From Girardia tigrina (lineage: Eukaryota): a DNA stretch of 54,926 nt. The stretch covers positions 1 through 54,926 of the forward strand of contig MQRK01231705.1 in NCBI GenBank assembly GCA_001938485.1, given 5' to 3'. The position numbers and the translations under genes are program-made. Positions 11,657 to 24,176 of this stretch are shown here, piece after piece. Every line of letters begins with the position of its first letter. The first letter of the stretch is position 1. The notes under the pieces were generated by a model. It was not told the DNA's origin and made no database searches. It saw nothing but the letters and a program-made list of their open reading frames with translations.

Positions 11657-12957
11657 CAGAATGATTCATAAGTCTGTTCATCCCCCTTATTTTTTTGAGA
11701 AAAAGATCAAATTTTTAAAAAAAAAACATTTATTACGTAGAACTTTCAATACTTAGTTGAATGTCCTTTCATGTCCTTTATTATTTTTAATCGCCTAGGC
11801 ATGGATTCAACAAGACTTTTACAATAGTCTTTTGATAGTTCGTACCATATTTTTTGAACAGCCACCCACAGCTGTTCTGACGATGTGCACCTTATCGTCT
11901 GTAATTTCCTTCTTGAAAATCCCCATACATTTTCGATAGGATTTGCGTCTGGTGAATCGCCTGGCCATGGTAAAGGGTCGACTTCCTTCTTTTTAAAGAA
12001 ATTAAATGTCGACAGTACACGGTGTGGTGGTGCAAGATCTTGCTGATAAATAAATTGTTGTTTTGAAAATACCAAGCGCTTTCCAATAATATCAATGTCA
12101 TGTATTATAGTTTCTTGGTACATTTGAGCATTCATTGAACCTTCTACTTTTCTAAGAAGACCTACCCCGTTTGCCGAAAAGCACCCCCAGACATAAACTT
12201 TGGCTCCGTGGCTCTTGGTTTCATGAATGTTTCCGAGTTTGAGCCTTTCATTTCTAGTTCGTCTGATCCAACGTCTACCACGATGATTATTCATTCATCG
12301 CTAAATATAACAGAATACCAAGTTTCTTTATCCCAATTTTGATATAATGAAGCCCACTGCATTCTTCTTTGTTTCTGTTTAGCGGTAAGGAAAGGTTCCT
12401 TTACAGCTTAGAAAACCCTTATTCCATATTTCTGTAATATCTTTTCGACTGTCGACTTACTTATGGCTATTGAGGAAGAAGAATTAAATATCCTGGTAAT
12501 ATTTAACGTGGAAATATCATTGTTTAAACGACTTATGCGTTTAATCACTCTTTCTGATCTGGCGCTTAGTTTATGAGGTCTGCCTCCACGTGGCTGATCT
12601 TTCACTTCTCCTGTTTTTAAATACTTCACCCATATTTTTTTCATTCCGCGTTTTGAAATATTTATATTATATCTTGTAAATAATTCGACCTTTATTTGAT
12701 TCCATGTACTTCCTGAATTTTTAAGCGCAACAATCATTCCAAGCTCAAATTCACTAAATACTCTTAACATTTAATTTATCTAAAATTTAAAAAAATAAGT
12801 CATTAATGAAAATTGCAATATTTAACATATAAATTCAAATGTATAGCATAAAAAACTATTTATAAACAAATATTCAAAATTAATATGACGTCAAATTTTT
12901 AGTTAGAAAATAAATAATCAAAATATGAGGGGGTGAACAGACTTATGAATCATACTG
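11657..12957 (-). mobile_element. Full-length Tc1 (DD34E) transposon with disrupted transposase
   Basis: TIRs CAG.ATGATTCATAAGTCTGTTCA.CCCCCT, TA flanks; ORFs 12408..12770 (HTH, GRP) and 11746..12294 (VWGC, QQD..P.H, WP.DSPD.NPIEN; 34-residue spacing); stop at 12408 and frameshift near 12294. Confidence 0.92.
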
Positions 12958-13714
12958 TACAAATATCAATTTGACCTCTATGACTCAGACACATGAACGA
13001 TCGGTCGAATATCTTAATATCGCCGTTTTTCTGATATGAATAGGGATCATTTTGTTGAAAAATTGTTTTTCGTTAATAGGAAATCATTTAATTTCGATAA
13101 CTCAAATCGCATGAATCATAGAAAGTCTCAGCAACATAATTTTTAAGTAAAAAGTTATTTTGTATCTTTGATTAAAATTAAAAAGATTTAAGCATATTTT
13201 TAAAGTAAAGAAATAAGTTATTGTTGAAATCCATTATCAATAATCTTTTAAATAACATGAAAGAGTTGTGGAAAAAATATTTTATTGAAATGTGCCATTA
13301 TATTGAAAGCTCGAACTCTTGCAGCCAAAGCCGTGTGAGAGGATCAGAAAAGTTTATATTTTTCAAATGATTTCTACTCGATACAAAGTTTATGATTCAC
13401 TATCCTGTGTGTCAATGCTGAGTATTATTTGTAATACACAGTTATCCCTCACAGTACGGGGATGCTTATTTTAAATTGGAGAGACATATGGTCATCTCAA
13501 AATCCGGATTAGTGAGCATTAACAATCAAGTCGATCGAATAAGGTTCTTGATCATTGGTTACATTGAAAAAATATAATCTTTTATATTTGAAAGGATGAA
13601 TTTTCTGTTTTACAGAAGAGCTTTGAATCACACTATGAGATGCATTTCTGTAAATCATTAGTGTTGTGACCTACATGTACACTGTGCTTTGTTATTTTTT
13701 GTTTTTATTCATAC

Positions 13715-13784
13715 CAATTGTCTTTTTGGACCAGTACCATTTGATGCGCGAATTAATAATCCAACACCTCCAAATATTTGGCTC
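13715..13784 (-). other. Candidate isolated 70-nt exon
   Basis: ttatttag|GAGCC...CAATTG|gtatga; open frame SQIFGGVGLLIRASNGTGPKRQL with AT-biased third positions; parent gene not recognised. Confidence 0.3.
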
Positions 13785-13995
13785 CTAAATAACCAAAACA
13801 ATAAATAAAAATATGTTAAAACTAAAAATAAATACATAAATAATAATTATTTTTAGAATGTCTGGTCAATTTGAAATTTTTGAAAATTTAATTTTTTAAC
13901 ATCTAAAATATTTAAAGTCGAGAATCTAAGTAAATGCAGTGTACAAAATTTAAATCTAAGTTAAAATAAAAACAAGTGTTTGGATAAAAATTTTA

Positions 13996-14120
13996 ATATT
14001 TAAAACAGCGTTACGTTGTCAATTTTGAATATTAATTAATGGGTTGTATTGTCGTATCAAAAAGGATTTACTGAACTGCCGCTCGTTATAAAGCTAATAT
14101 AAAGAAGTAATATTAAAAAA

Positions 14121-14121
<1 letters not shown>
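13996..14121. repeat. Dispersed ~130-bp repeat, copy 2, ending in a (TA)n tract
   Basis: Same orientation and near-identical to 7030-7160. Confidence 0.85.
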
Positions 14122-14163
<42 letters not shown>

Positions 14164-14399
14164 GAAAAATTTTATCTTTATAATTAAAGTTAATGATTTA
14201 GAAAAGTCAATTTTTGATACTTTTAATCTAAAATTAGCTTCATATATTTAAAAACAATAAAATATAAATTATTAATAATAGTAAAACGGTAAAATAACCT
14301 AATTTTTTATTAAAAACTATAACAAAGACAAGTGACCAGTTTATAACATAAGAGTTGTTTTATGTGCAAATGTATTTCTGAATATTTGAATCATTCTAA

Positions 14400-15553
14400 A
14401 TTTAACATTGATATATTGGCCAACACTGCATTTATCACCCTTGAAATCAATACTTTCGATTTTATCAAGGGCCTTTGCAATTGAAAAATTCTCTCCTTAC
14501 ATTTCGATTGCCAAAGTTGTCAGAAATTTGTACTGAGAAGTTATTCTCACCAAATTTTTTGCAAGGTTGGGTGATTGAATTGCCTTTCATGCAGTACTGA
14601 CAAGAACTCCTCCGTTATTGATGCTTTCAAATATTTCTTTGACACTTGGCAAATGTTCTGCATAATAGAAAGCTGCATTAATCCATGAGCCCCAGCGGGT
14701 CAAAATTGGTGCTGGTGAAACTCCTATTTTCAAAAAAAGCTTTCTCCGCTCGTGATTTTGGACTGTTCATGCTTTGACTGAAGAAATCAAAATTATGAAC
14801 CTCATTGATCTTATATCAAACTATTTCGACAGCATTGTGTATAAGGTGGGAAACACATGTGACATGAAAAAGCTGTGGATATAAAATTTTTAATGAATTT
14901 CCAGCAGAAGTCATGTATCTTGCTGCATCACTAAGCAAAAGACAAAAATTTTCTCTTTCAATAGCAGTCTTTTATAATTTGGTCAATTTCGATAGAAACA
15001 TCAGCAGCAGTTAGAGATTTATGAAACACAGTGGATCGTATAAGGTAAGTTTGCTCAGGATTTTTAAGTAATCAAACAAGAGTGTGACCAATATTCATAC
15101 CATTGATAATGGTTTCATCAAAAACAAGATAAATGTTTTCTCCCTGTAGTATTGATTTGATTTTCTGAATCATTCTTTCAAAAATGAAATTAATCTGGTC
15201 TCCGCAATGCGTTTCAGAAGGGAGTGGATTGTTCATTGCTTTGAAAAGCTGGATAATTTTTTCATTCCTTAATTTGTGCAGGGGAATGTCCGCACTCAAA
15301 AATGCTTCAGTGATTTGCAAAGTAAATTGCTGATTCCCATTCAAAAAAGCAGCTTTTGCCTTTTCTTTCAAACTTTTTTTTAGATTTCGGCATTAAATTA
15401 AACTAAAAATTAAAATAAATTAAATTATGTAGGGTGAAAAGGAGAATAAAAATATAAAAATAGTATTTATTTAGTTTAAAAATTATCATGTCCTACATTT
15501 CAAAAAATTAAAGACATTTTTCAAAAGACCATAATGTGATTTGGACAGGGCTG
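14400..15553 (-). mobile_element. Degenerate hAT-superfamily (CGGBP1-like) transposon
   Basis: AFLSADIPLHKL...IYLVFDET (ORF 15072..15371), then LLSDAARYM..., HVTCVSHLIHN (CxxH) and PAPILTRWGSW in broken frames; terminus CAGCCCTGTCC on the minus strand at 15553. Confidence 0.8.
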
Positions 15554-15560
15554 ACTGGGC

Positions 15561-15957
15561 CAGCCTTGTCTATGAAAAAATATTTTAAAAAATAATATAA
15601 ATTTTTTAAGTTATTTTACAAAATTTGTACATGTGTAGTCTTAAATATCAATTTAATATGAAAAAAATCTCAATTTATTATGCAAAATAAATTAAATATT
15701 ATAAAAATTAAATATATTTAAAAATATTTATTTCATTAAATACAGAATTTTTAATATTAAATTGATTTTGCTCATATTTAATTGAAATTTTTTCATATAT
15801 AATGCAGAATTTTTCATATTTAATTCATTTAATTTAGGGTAAAAAGTAAAATAAAAATATAAAAATAGTATTTATTTAGTTAAAAAATTATCATGTCATA
15901 CGTATCAAAAAATTAAAGATATTTTTCCAAAAACCATGATATAATTTGGACAAGGGC
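15561..15957. mobile_element. MITE derived from the adjacent hAT family
   Basis: Starts CAGCCTTGTC, ends GGACAAGGGC; about 15830-15953 is a ~125-bp direct copy of about 15425-15550. Confidence 0.55.
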
Positions 15958-16000
15958 ATTGCATTGTTAAAAAAATGTTAAAAATGCATTGTTAAAAGGG

Positions 16001-17160
16001 ACTAACAATGAATCAAATTTAAAAATTATATCACGATCTCCTTTAGTATATAAACGATACGTTGAAGATATATTTCTAGTTTTTAAAAATCAGGCTGATG
16101 TACTTCCATTTTTAAATTTCATGAATTCGTTACATTCAAATGTTACTTTTACAGATGAAAATGAAAGGAATGGAGTCTTACCTTTTCTGGATCTTTTGGT
16201 TGAAAGAAAATCTCTTAGTTACGAGACTGGAATTTATAGGAAGCAAACTGATACATGTTTAAATACTTCACCAGATAGTTTTTGTGAATTTAAGTATAAA
16301 AGAAACATGATTAAAGGTTTAAGTTATCGCTCCTAGTCGTTGTCTTCCACTTTTGTTAAATCTGTAGAAAATGTTAATAAACTAAGTTCGTTGTTAAATA
16401 AGAATGGTTATTCTAAATCTTTTCTAGAAAAATTAATAAAGGAAACAGTAGATAAAATACTTTTGAAAGATTTTTCGAAAAATCAGAGTTTGGCTTCTCC
16501 TGATGGATCTAAGAAAGAAATCGATGGATCGTTAGATATGAATAATATGCATAAATATTGTTTAATTGTACCTTATTCTGAAAGATTTAAAACTTTAAAA
16601 AACTTTAAAAGCAACTAACAATGAATTAAATTTAAAAATTATATCGCGATCTCATAAAATTCAAAATATGTTCAGTAATAAATCTATTACTCCTTTAACA
16701 CTGTGTTCTGATATTGTTTATGAATATAAATGTAATGGGTGCGATGCCACATACATTGGAGAGACTGCCCGTCATCTCTGTAAACGAATTCAAGAACATG
16801 GTCGAAAAGAGAGTAAGAGTAATATTGCAGAACATAGGAAAAATGTAAATGTGATGCTAATTTTGATAATTTCAAAATTCTGTGTAAGCATTTTGACAGT
16901 TATTGGTAGAGAATGTCGTGTGAAGCATTGTTAATTAGGTCACGTTGCCCTAAAATCAATGTTCAATCGGCAGTCTCAACCAGCTTATTGAGAATTTTTG
17001 ATTAGCATGATTTCATGCAATCGATTGCATAATCATCATTTTTGTATTTATATACAGGTGAATTGATTATTAATTAGTGACCTGAAGATGACGGTAGATC
17101 CGTCGAAATATTTTGTCTTAAAATATATTTTTTAATGGATCAGTGTTGTTATTAAAAGAA
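16001..17160 (+). mobile_element. 5'-truncated Penelope-like retroelement (RT C-terminal half, GIY-YIG endonuclease, pLTR)
   Basis: YKRYVEDIF (YVDD variant), LPFLDLLV, IYRK, NGY; IVYEYKCNGCDATYIGETARHLCKRIQEH GIY-YIG motif; multiple stops and frameshifts; hammerhead downstream. Confidence 0.9.
17079..17117 (+). ncRNA. Minimal type I hammerhead ribozyme in the PLE pLTR
   Basis: GAC CUGAAGA U GACGG-UAGAU-CCGUC GAAA UAUUUU GUC; intact CUGANGA/GAAA core, 5-bp stem II, near-palindromic stem III. Confidence 0.75.
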
Positions 17161-17402
17161 GATTTTCATCCGGACTTTCTTTTATCAATAAATAATAAAT
17201 TCTAATAATTACGATTTAAAAATTAAAACAGAAACATTCAAAGACTAAAATTCAGCTCATCCATCATACATGACGGGTCTTTTTCTAATTATATATTAAT
17301 TTATTTTTATAGTATAAATTTCATTTTATTGACGTATGTTTAATTTTATTATAATAAAAGACATAATTCAATATTATATATTATATTATTACTTCTCAAA
17401 TA

Positions 17403-18677
17403 TTATTTTGGTCGAAAAATAATAGCGGTTTTTGAGCTTCATACTTTGTTTATCTACTTTGATATGTATATAAGTTTAAATGCATTAGTGTTAGATATTA
17501 TTTGAAATCTTATGCTTAGCTGTATATTCCTATAGCCATTGCTGTTATTTTTTAGAATATTTACGGTGCTAAATTAATAATGGAAAAAATTAAAATTCGA
17601 GCAATTTTCTTGTACGAATTTAAACTGGGTCGTAAAGCAGCAGAAACGGCTCGCANNNNNNNNNNNNNNNNNNNNNNNNNNNNNNNNNNNNNNNNNNNNN
17701 NNNNNTGCAACGATGGTTCCGAAAATTTTCTGATGGAGATGAAAACCTTGAAGATGAAGAAGGTCGTGGTCGTCCAGTTGCTGTGAACAACGGCAATTTG
17801 AGGACAATGGTGGAAACAGATCACCGTACAACAATCAGAAAAAAATGCAGATGGGTTGGGCATTAGTCATTCAACAGTCCTGGATCATTTAAAACAATTT
17901 GAAAAAATCAAGAAACTTGATAAATGGGTTCCACATGATTTGAATGAAAATCAAAAGAACCGACGCTATGAAATTTATTCTGCCAATCATCTTCGCAATA
18001 AAAACGATCCATTTCTTGGTCGTATTGTTACCTGTGATGAGAAATGGATCCTCTATGATAACCGACGTCGATCTGCACAGTGGTTGGGCAAAGATGAAGT
18101 ACCGAAACACTTTCCAAAACCGAAACTAACACCCCGTAAGGTTATGGTGACAGTTTGGTGGTGTGATGCTGGAATCATCCACTATAGTTTCTTGAATCCA
18201 GGTGAAACAATCACCGAGGAGAGGTACTGTCATAAAATTGATGAAATGCATAAAAAAATGAAAACCCTTTGGGATTGGTCAATCGAAAAAGTCCCATCCT
18301 TCTTCATAGTAACACTAGACCTCATATTTCAAAAGTGACTCTTCAAAAGCTTAATGAGTTAGGCTATGAAACTCTGCTTCATCCACCATATTCACCAGAC
18401 CTCTCGCCAACGGACTTCTACTTTTTCAGGCATTTGTACAACTTCCTACGTGAAAAATTTTTCAAAAACCAAAATGATGCNNNNNNNNNNNNNNNNNNNN
18501 NNNNNNNNNNNNNNNNNNNNNNNNNNNNNNNNNNNNNNNNNNNNNNNNNNNNNNNNNNNNNNNNNAATGTATTGATGCCAACGGTTCATACTTTGATTAA
18601 TAAACTTTTGTTTCTGTGAATTTGCACGTCTTTGAAGTTTGTGTTCCAAAACCGCCATTATTTTTCGACCAACCTAA
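17403..18677 (+). mobile_element. mariner (DD34D) transposon, frameshifted
   Basis: TIRs TTGGTCGAAAAATAAT.GCGGTTTT, TA flanks; WVPHDL, TCDEKW, HPPYSPDLSPTD across ORFs 17580-18619; 2nd catalytic D reads S (LHSN). Confidence 0.92.
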
Positions 18678-19241
18678 TATATAAATAAAACATAGTATAT
18701 TCTTAAAACAAACAAAACAAGGATATTAAATCTTCAAAGAAAATATTATAAAATATGCAATTAAGTTTTTATCTATAACGAATTTATTATTTACAATAAA
18801 TTATATCAAAAATATTTATTTATTATCAATTTGTGATTATTGTAACAATAAATGAGAATTGTACGTTGAATTAATTATCAATTACGGTAAAAATTCGCGC
18901 AACTGGAAATCAATTTAGATGACGTTTTTGGTAAATATTGTTTTACTATTATGCATATTTGCTAATACTAGTAAAATTTAAACAAAAAATATTATTTTAT
19001 TGATGTTATTTTCATAGAATTTCGATACAAAAGTTTCATTTTGCTTTTTTTCGTATTTGCGATCTGTTGTGACTTATTGTGTATGATATTTATGTGTTAC
19101 AAACTTACTTCCAATACATCTATTAAAGTCTGCAGAATTTGATAATTGGTAAGAACTATGGGAGACTGCGTTTTATATATTTTTTAACAATAAAAAATTA
19201 TCAAACTATATATATATCTCTCCACAAAATCAATCCTTGTT

Positions 19242-19306
<65 letters not shown>

Positions 19307-19356
19307 NNNNNNNNNNNNNNNNNNNNNNNNNNNNNNNNNNNNNNNNNNNNNNNNNN

Positions 19357-19396
<40 letters not shown>

Positions 19397-19589
19397 AGGA
19401 AGAATATTAGTATTATTAAATTATTATTCAAAATTATAATCATTCAAATAAATATTAATTTATATAAAATTATTTAAATGTGGTTCAATTATTTCATCAT
19501 TAATTCTCGCATTTTTTATGTATTTGTTTTAATTAGTAAATATATTTTTGGGAAACGAATTTATTGTGCAATACTTATTAAAAACTAAC

Positions 19590-20578
19590 ATGGCGACCAC
19601 GTTCAGTTATTAGAAGAATCTGGTTCCCGATACATACAATGGAGAAGATAATCTTGAAGAATTCATGGAAGAATGCGGAAGATTTTTTTAAGTTTCCGGC
19701 ACCGACGCCAATATCAAAGGAATTATGGTGAAGGCTTTTATTTCAAAGGATTTAATTCCAATTTATGAGAAAGTGGATTCTAATATCGTGGAGTTTGATG
19801 AAAGGTTCAGGGCAGCATTTGCCAAACCTTCATCCTTATTCAAGATTTCATGAATTTATATTCATATGAAAAAGGATCAAATGGAGCAAATTTATATTTC
19901 GACAAAATTGGGAAAATGGTAAGAAAATTATTGTCCCATAAATGGGATGAAAAAGAATTGATGGCCTATTTCTTGGTACATTGTACGAGAAATGCCACGA
20001 TTAAACGAGAAGTGACTCTACGGGATGTCAACGACATGGATCAGATCAAAGATGTTATTCGAAAAATTGACAATGTCGAAAAGGAAGAATCAATGCATAT
20101 ATCAGCAATGAATTGTAAAGAAACTTATGCAAAAGTCATTCAAAAGCGTCAACAGTATTCAAATTCACAGATTGATAAATCATCAATGGAAAAGACAAAA
20201 TGGAGTCATCAAAACAAACCACAGCCGGGAAATTTAGTCATATGTTGGAGCTGTCAGAAGCAAGAGCATATCAGCAGGAATTGTCCAAACAAAAGCGTCC
20301 AGACCAAATGTCATGCATGTCAAGAACATGGGCATATTCGAAGAGAGTGCCCAAACATCAAATGCAGCCACTGTAAGAAAAATGGTCACGTTAGTTTTCA
20401 GTGCTGGCAAAAACGGGAAGAAAACTATATGAAGCAGAGATACTATCATGGAATGAAGGCTGACGGATCGAGGAAGAGCATTGCGGCATTGGATGAAAAT
20501 CGTAATGAAATCGAGGACTTTGATGACGAACACGAAGAAAGAGATCAGACCCCAAACTCTCAGGCTCCATCAAGGTGA
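19590..20578 (+). pseudogene. gag: gag with three CCHC zinc knuckles
   Basis: CWSCQKQEHISRNC, CHACQEHGHIRREC, CSHCKKNGHVSFQC; the upstream part MATTFSY*KNLVPDTYNGEDNLEEF has a stop and frameshifts. Confidence 0.85.
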
Positions 20579-23500
20579 GAAGTGATGGGAGCCATCTGTT
20601 AAAATGTAAGAAATTTTTGGAACCATTTATTTGTAATTTAACTAATTGTAATTGTAATAATAGTAATATTTTATTTGATAATTTTAATAGTAATATTTAT
20701 TTGAATGATAATTTTATTAATAATTTTTATTTGAATGAAAAAAGTAATAAGAATGATGATAATGTGAATAATTTTTTTCAAAAGAGAAACGAATTTTGTG
20801 AAAGGGAGCATAATAAAACATTTGTAAATGGGTTATGTAGATTGTTCGATAAGGGTATTAAGAATAAAATTAAAAAAGAATTATGTCATTACGACTCAAT
20901 AAAAACTAATTGCGAAAATGACCGATTATGTAATGTGTCTGGTTGTTGTATGTCAAATGTTAAAAGTTCAACAAATATAGGGGTATTGTGTAATAATAAA
21001 AAAAATAACTGCAGAATATTGTGTAATTTTAAAATAAAATATGACAAACTTGATGGACGACCCCGAATGATAGTTAAGTGTAATGATCTGTATTTTTCTT
21101 GTTTACTGAATACAGGCGCGCGAATAAATGTTATAGTAATAGAGGAAATTAATAGGTTAGGAATAATTCCGGAAAAATATAGTAATGAAAGTATTATTTG
21201 TGCAAATGGAAGTGCTTTAAGAATTGTCTCGTTTTAATTGTAAGAATTTTTTCGAATTGTCTTTCTAAAGATAGAAATAGGTGAAATTTATAAGATAATA
21301 AAATTTAATATTGCTGAAAAAGTATCACCATCTGTTATATGCGGTATGGAATTTTTAAATGCTTTTAAAATTCACATAAAAATAGAGAATGAACAATTAA
21401 ATAATAAAGGATTTAATTTTGATGATAGCAACTGTAGTAAAATATGCATTATCAGTGCTAAATTTGGATTGCAGATACCTCATAATATTAGGGTGAAAAA
21501 TATTCTTGATTTATTGAAAATAAAATTAGACTCTCCTTTATATGAAATAGTGAAGAAACATTTAGATGTATTTATGGCACATAAATGGGACGTGGGTTGT
21601 ATAAAACTTTTGAAACATAAAATTATAACAAAAGGCGATCCGATTTTAATGAAACCGAGAAGGCAACCAGCCAATTTAGAAGATAAAATTGAAGATCTGA
21701 TAAAGAATCTGGAGGATAATAAGATTATCAAACGATGCGATTCGCCCTGGAACACACCCATGGTTGAGTGTGGAAAAAAGACAAACAAGAAATACGACTA
21801 TGATTGGATTTTAGACAGTTAAATAAAGTAACAGAAAGACCAGCATACCCTATGCCTAACATTGAGGAAATATTGGATTCTCTTAACGGAGCTCGTGTTT
21901 TTAGCACAATCGATTTTGGAAATGCCTATTACCAAGTGGAGTTAGATGAAGATTCTAAACTGAAAACGGCGTTTTCTACAAAAAACGGTCAGTTCTGTTT
22001 TAATCGCATGCCATTCGGAATAGCTGCTGCCCAAGCAACTTTTCAAAGATTAATGAATATTGTTTTAGGGGATATGCTTTGGAAGGAAGCTTTGGTTTAT
22101 TTAGATGACATTCTTGTTTTATCAAAGACTCTAGACGAGCATATTTTTAAATTAAATAAATTGTTTGATAAAATTAAATGCGCAGGTCTTAAAATAAACC
22201 CAGAGAAATTTCATTTTTAAAACAGGAAACAAAATTTTTAGGTCACATGATTGACGAAAAAGGAGTTAGAACCGATCCAGACAAGTTAGAATCCATCAAA
22301 ACATTTGAAAGACCGAAATGTATTAAAAAATTAAGAAGTTTTCTGGGTCTTTGTAACTATTATCGGAAATTTATAAAAAACTATTCAAGTCTTGCAAGGA
22401 ATCTAGAAACTCTCTGTGGCAGCAACAAGGAAAAACTCTTTTGGAACGATGAATGTGAAAAATCATTTTGTCAACTGAAGGAAGCTCTAACGAAAACACC
22501 AGTGCAAGCATATCCTGATTTCAATAAGGATTTCATTTTAACTACAGATGCAAGTCACAATACGATTGGTGCAGTTTTATCGCAGTTAGATGACAAAGGG
22601 AATGAAAAAGTAATTGCCTATGGATCACATGCTATGAGTAAACATGAAATTGGATACTGCATAACAAGGAAGGAGTTGTTAGCAATTTATTTTTTCACAC
22701 AACACTTTAAGCACTATCTATATGGCAGACAGTTTACTTTAAGAACGGATCATAAAGCAATAACTTTCATACTGACAACGAAGAAACCTATAACATCCCA
22801 GTTTCAAACGTGGTTAAACTTTTTAAGTAGTTTAGATATGAAATTAGAGTATAGAAAGGGATTACATCATTCAAATGCAGATACATTATCAAGGAGAGAT
22901 TGTGATATGTGCTGTCAATGTCAAATGCAACACGATGAGTCTAAAAAAGGAAAACTGAAGACCAAAGTTTAAGCATCACTTTCTGAATCAGATGTTTTCA
23001 AATGGTAACATGATAACAAAGAGATTGAGGAGATTAAAAGACGGATAAATAATTATGAAATAGATGAATATACGTTAACCCAAGGAGTGGTAATGACACA
23101 TGATAGAAAAATATGGATTCGGCTAATAATAGATATCAATTTATTCAATATATTCATTCAATGTTGTGCCATGCTGGTATAGAAAAATTTTTCAATTACA
23201 TAAAAGACACTTATGCAATGGAAAATCGTAAAGAAAAGATCAAGGAAATAATAGAAACTTGTGAAGTATGTCAAAAAAGGAAAGTATTAGCAACAAGGAC
23301 AAAGGAAGTTATAATCAAACAGAAATGCGATTATCCATTCGAATCAATTTTTATAGATTTCTGTGGACCGTTAAAGGCCAATAAATATGGAAAAAAGTAT
23401 ATATTAGGTATAATTGACCAATTTAGCAGATATATTTCACTATCTGCAGATGCTAAACAAGATGAAGAGACTACATCTAGAACTATTTTGAACAATTGGA

Positions 23501-24100
23501 TATTGAAATTCGGTGCGCCAAGAATTATTCATGTTGTTCGTGGAAATACATTTGAATCAAAATTAATTAGAATCATGTGTGAAAAATTTCATATCAAATT
23601 AGAGTTTTCAAGTCCATACCACCATAATACAAATGGTATAATTGAAAGGCAATTTAGGACTATTCGGGATTATATCAACACGATAAGTAAGACAGATAAA
23701 AGTAGGAATTGGGTTGATTTACGTCCAGAAATTGAATTTTGTTTAAATGCTACTGTGCAAAAATCATTACAAATGAGTCCAGCAGAAATAATTTTCGGTT
23801 TTAAAATCAATAGAGAATGGAGTGATACAAATAGAGCTGGTAATAGAGAAGAACGGAAACAAACAGCTATCAAAAATCAAAATTTAATTACTTATCAAAA
23901 TTACAATCGTGAAAATAGGTTTTTCGAAATAGATGACAAAGTGTTAGTAAAAAGAGAAGGTCGTGGGAAAGATGAACACAGGTATGAAGGTCCTTATCGA
24001 GTCATTAAAAAAATCATGATCGCAGTTATGAATTGGAAAACGACATCGGTAAAAAAAATATACGCAATATAGAATGGTTAAGGTCTTTTATGAAAGGGGG
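20575..24100 (+). pseudogene. pol: pol (protease, RT, RNase H, integrase), fragmented
   Basis: LLNTGA (DTGA variant), MPFG, YLDD, TDAS, RKELLA, TDH, NADTLSR, H..LCH...C..C, IDF, IIERQFR, GPY in ORFs 20575-24072. Confidence 0.92.
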
Positions 24101-24176
24101 ATGTTAGGAAGAATATTAGTATTATTAAATTATTATTCAAAATTATAATCATTCAAATAAATATTAATTTATATAA

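Larger units (their letters stand above)
19393..24176 (+). mobile_element. Ty3/Gypsy LTR retrotransposon, near full-length, defective
   Basis: 5' LTR TGTTAGG...ACTAACA 19393-19590; PBS TGGCGACC at 19591; PPT GAAAGGGGGA 24092-24101; 3' LTR copy 24102-24176; domain order gag-PR-RT-RH-IN. Confidence 0.95.

Noticed and set aside
17403-18677. Host SETMAR gene
   Set aside because: No SET domain; bounded by TIRs and TA, so a free mariner
19139-19477. IYIY-rich ORFs here and at 35044-35645
   Set aside because: Translations of (TA)n microsatellites
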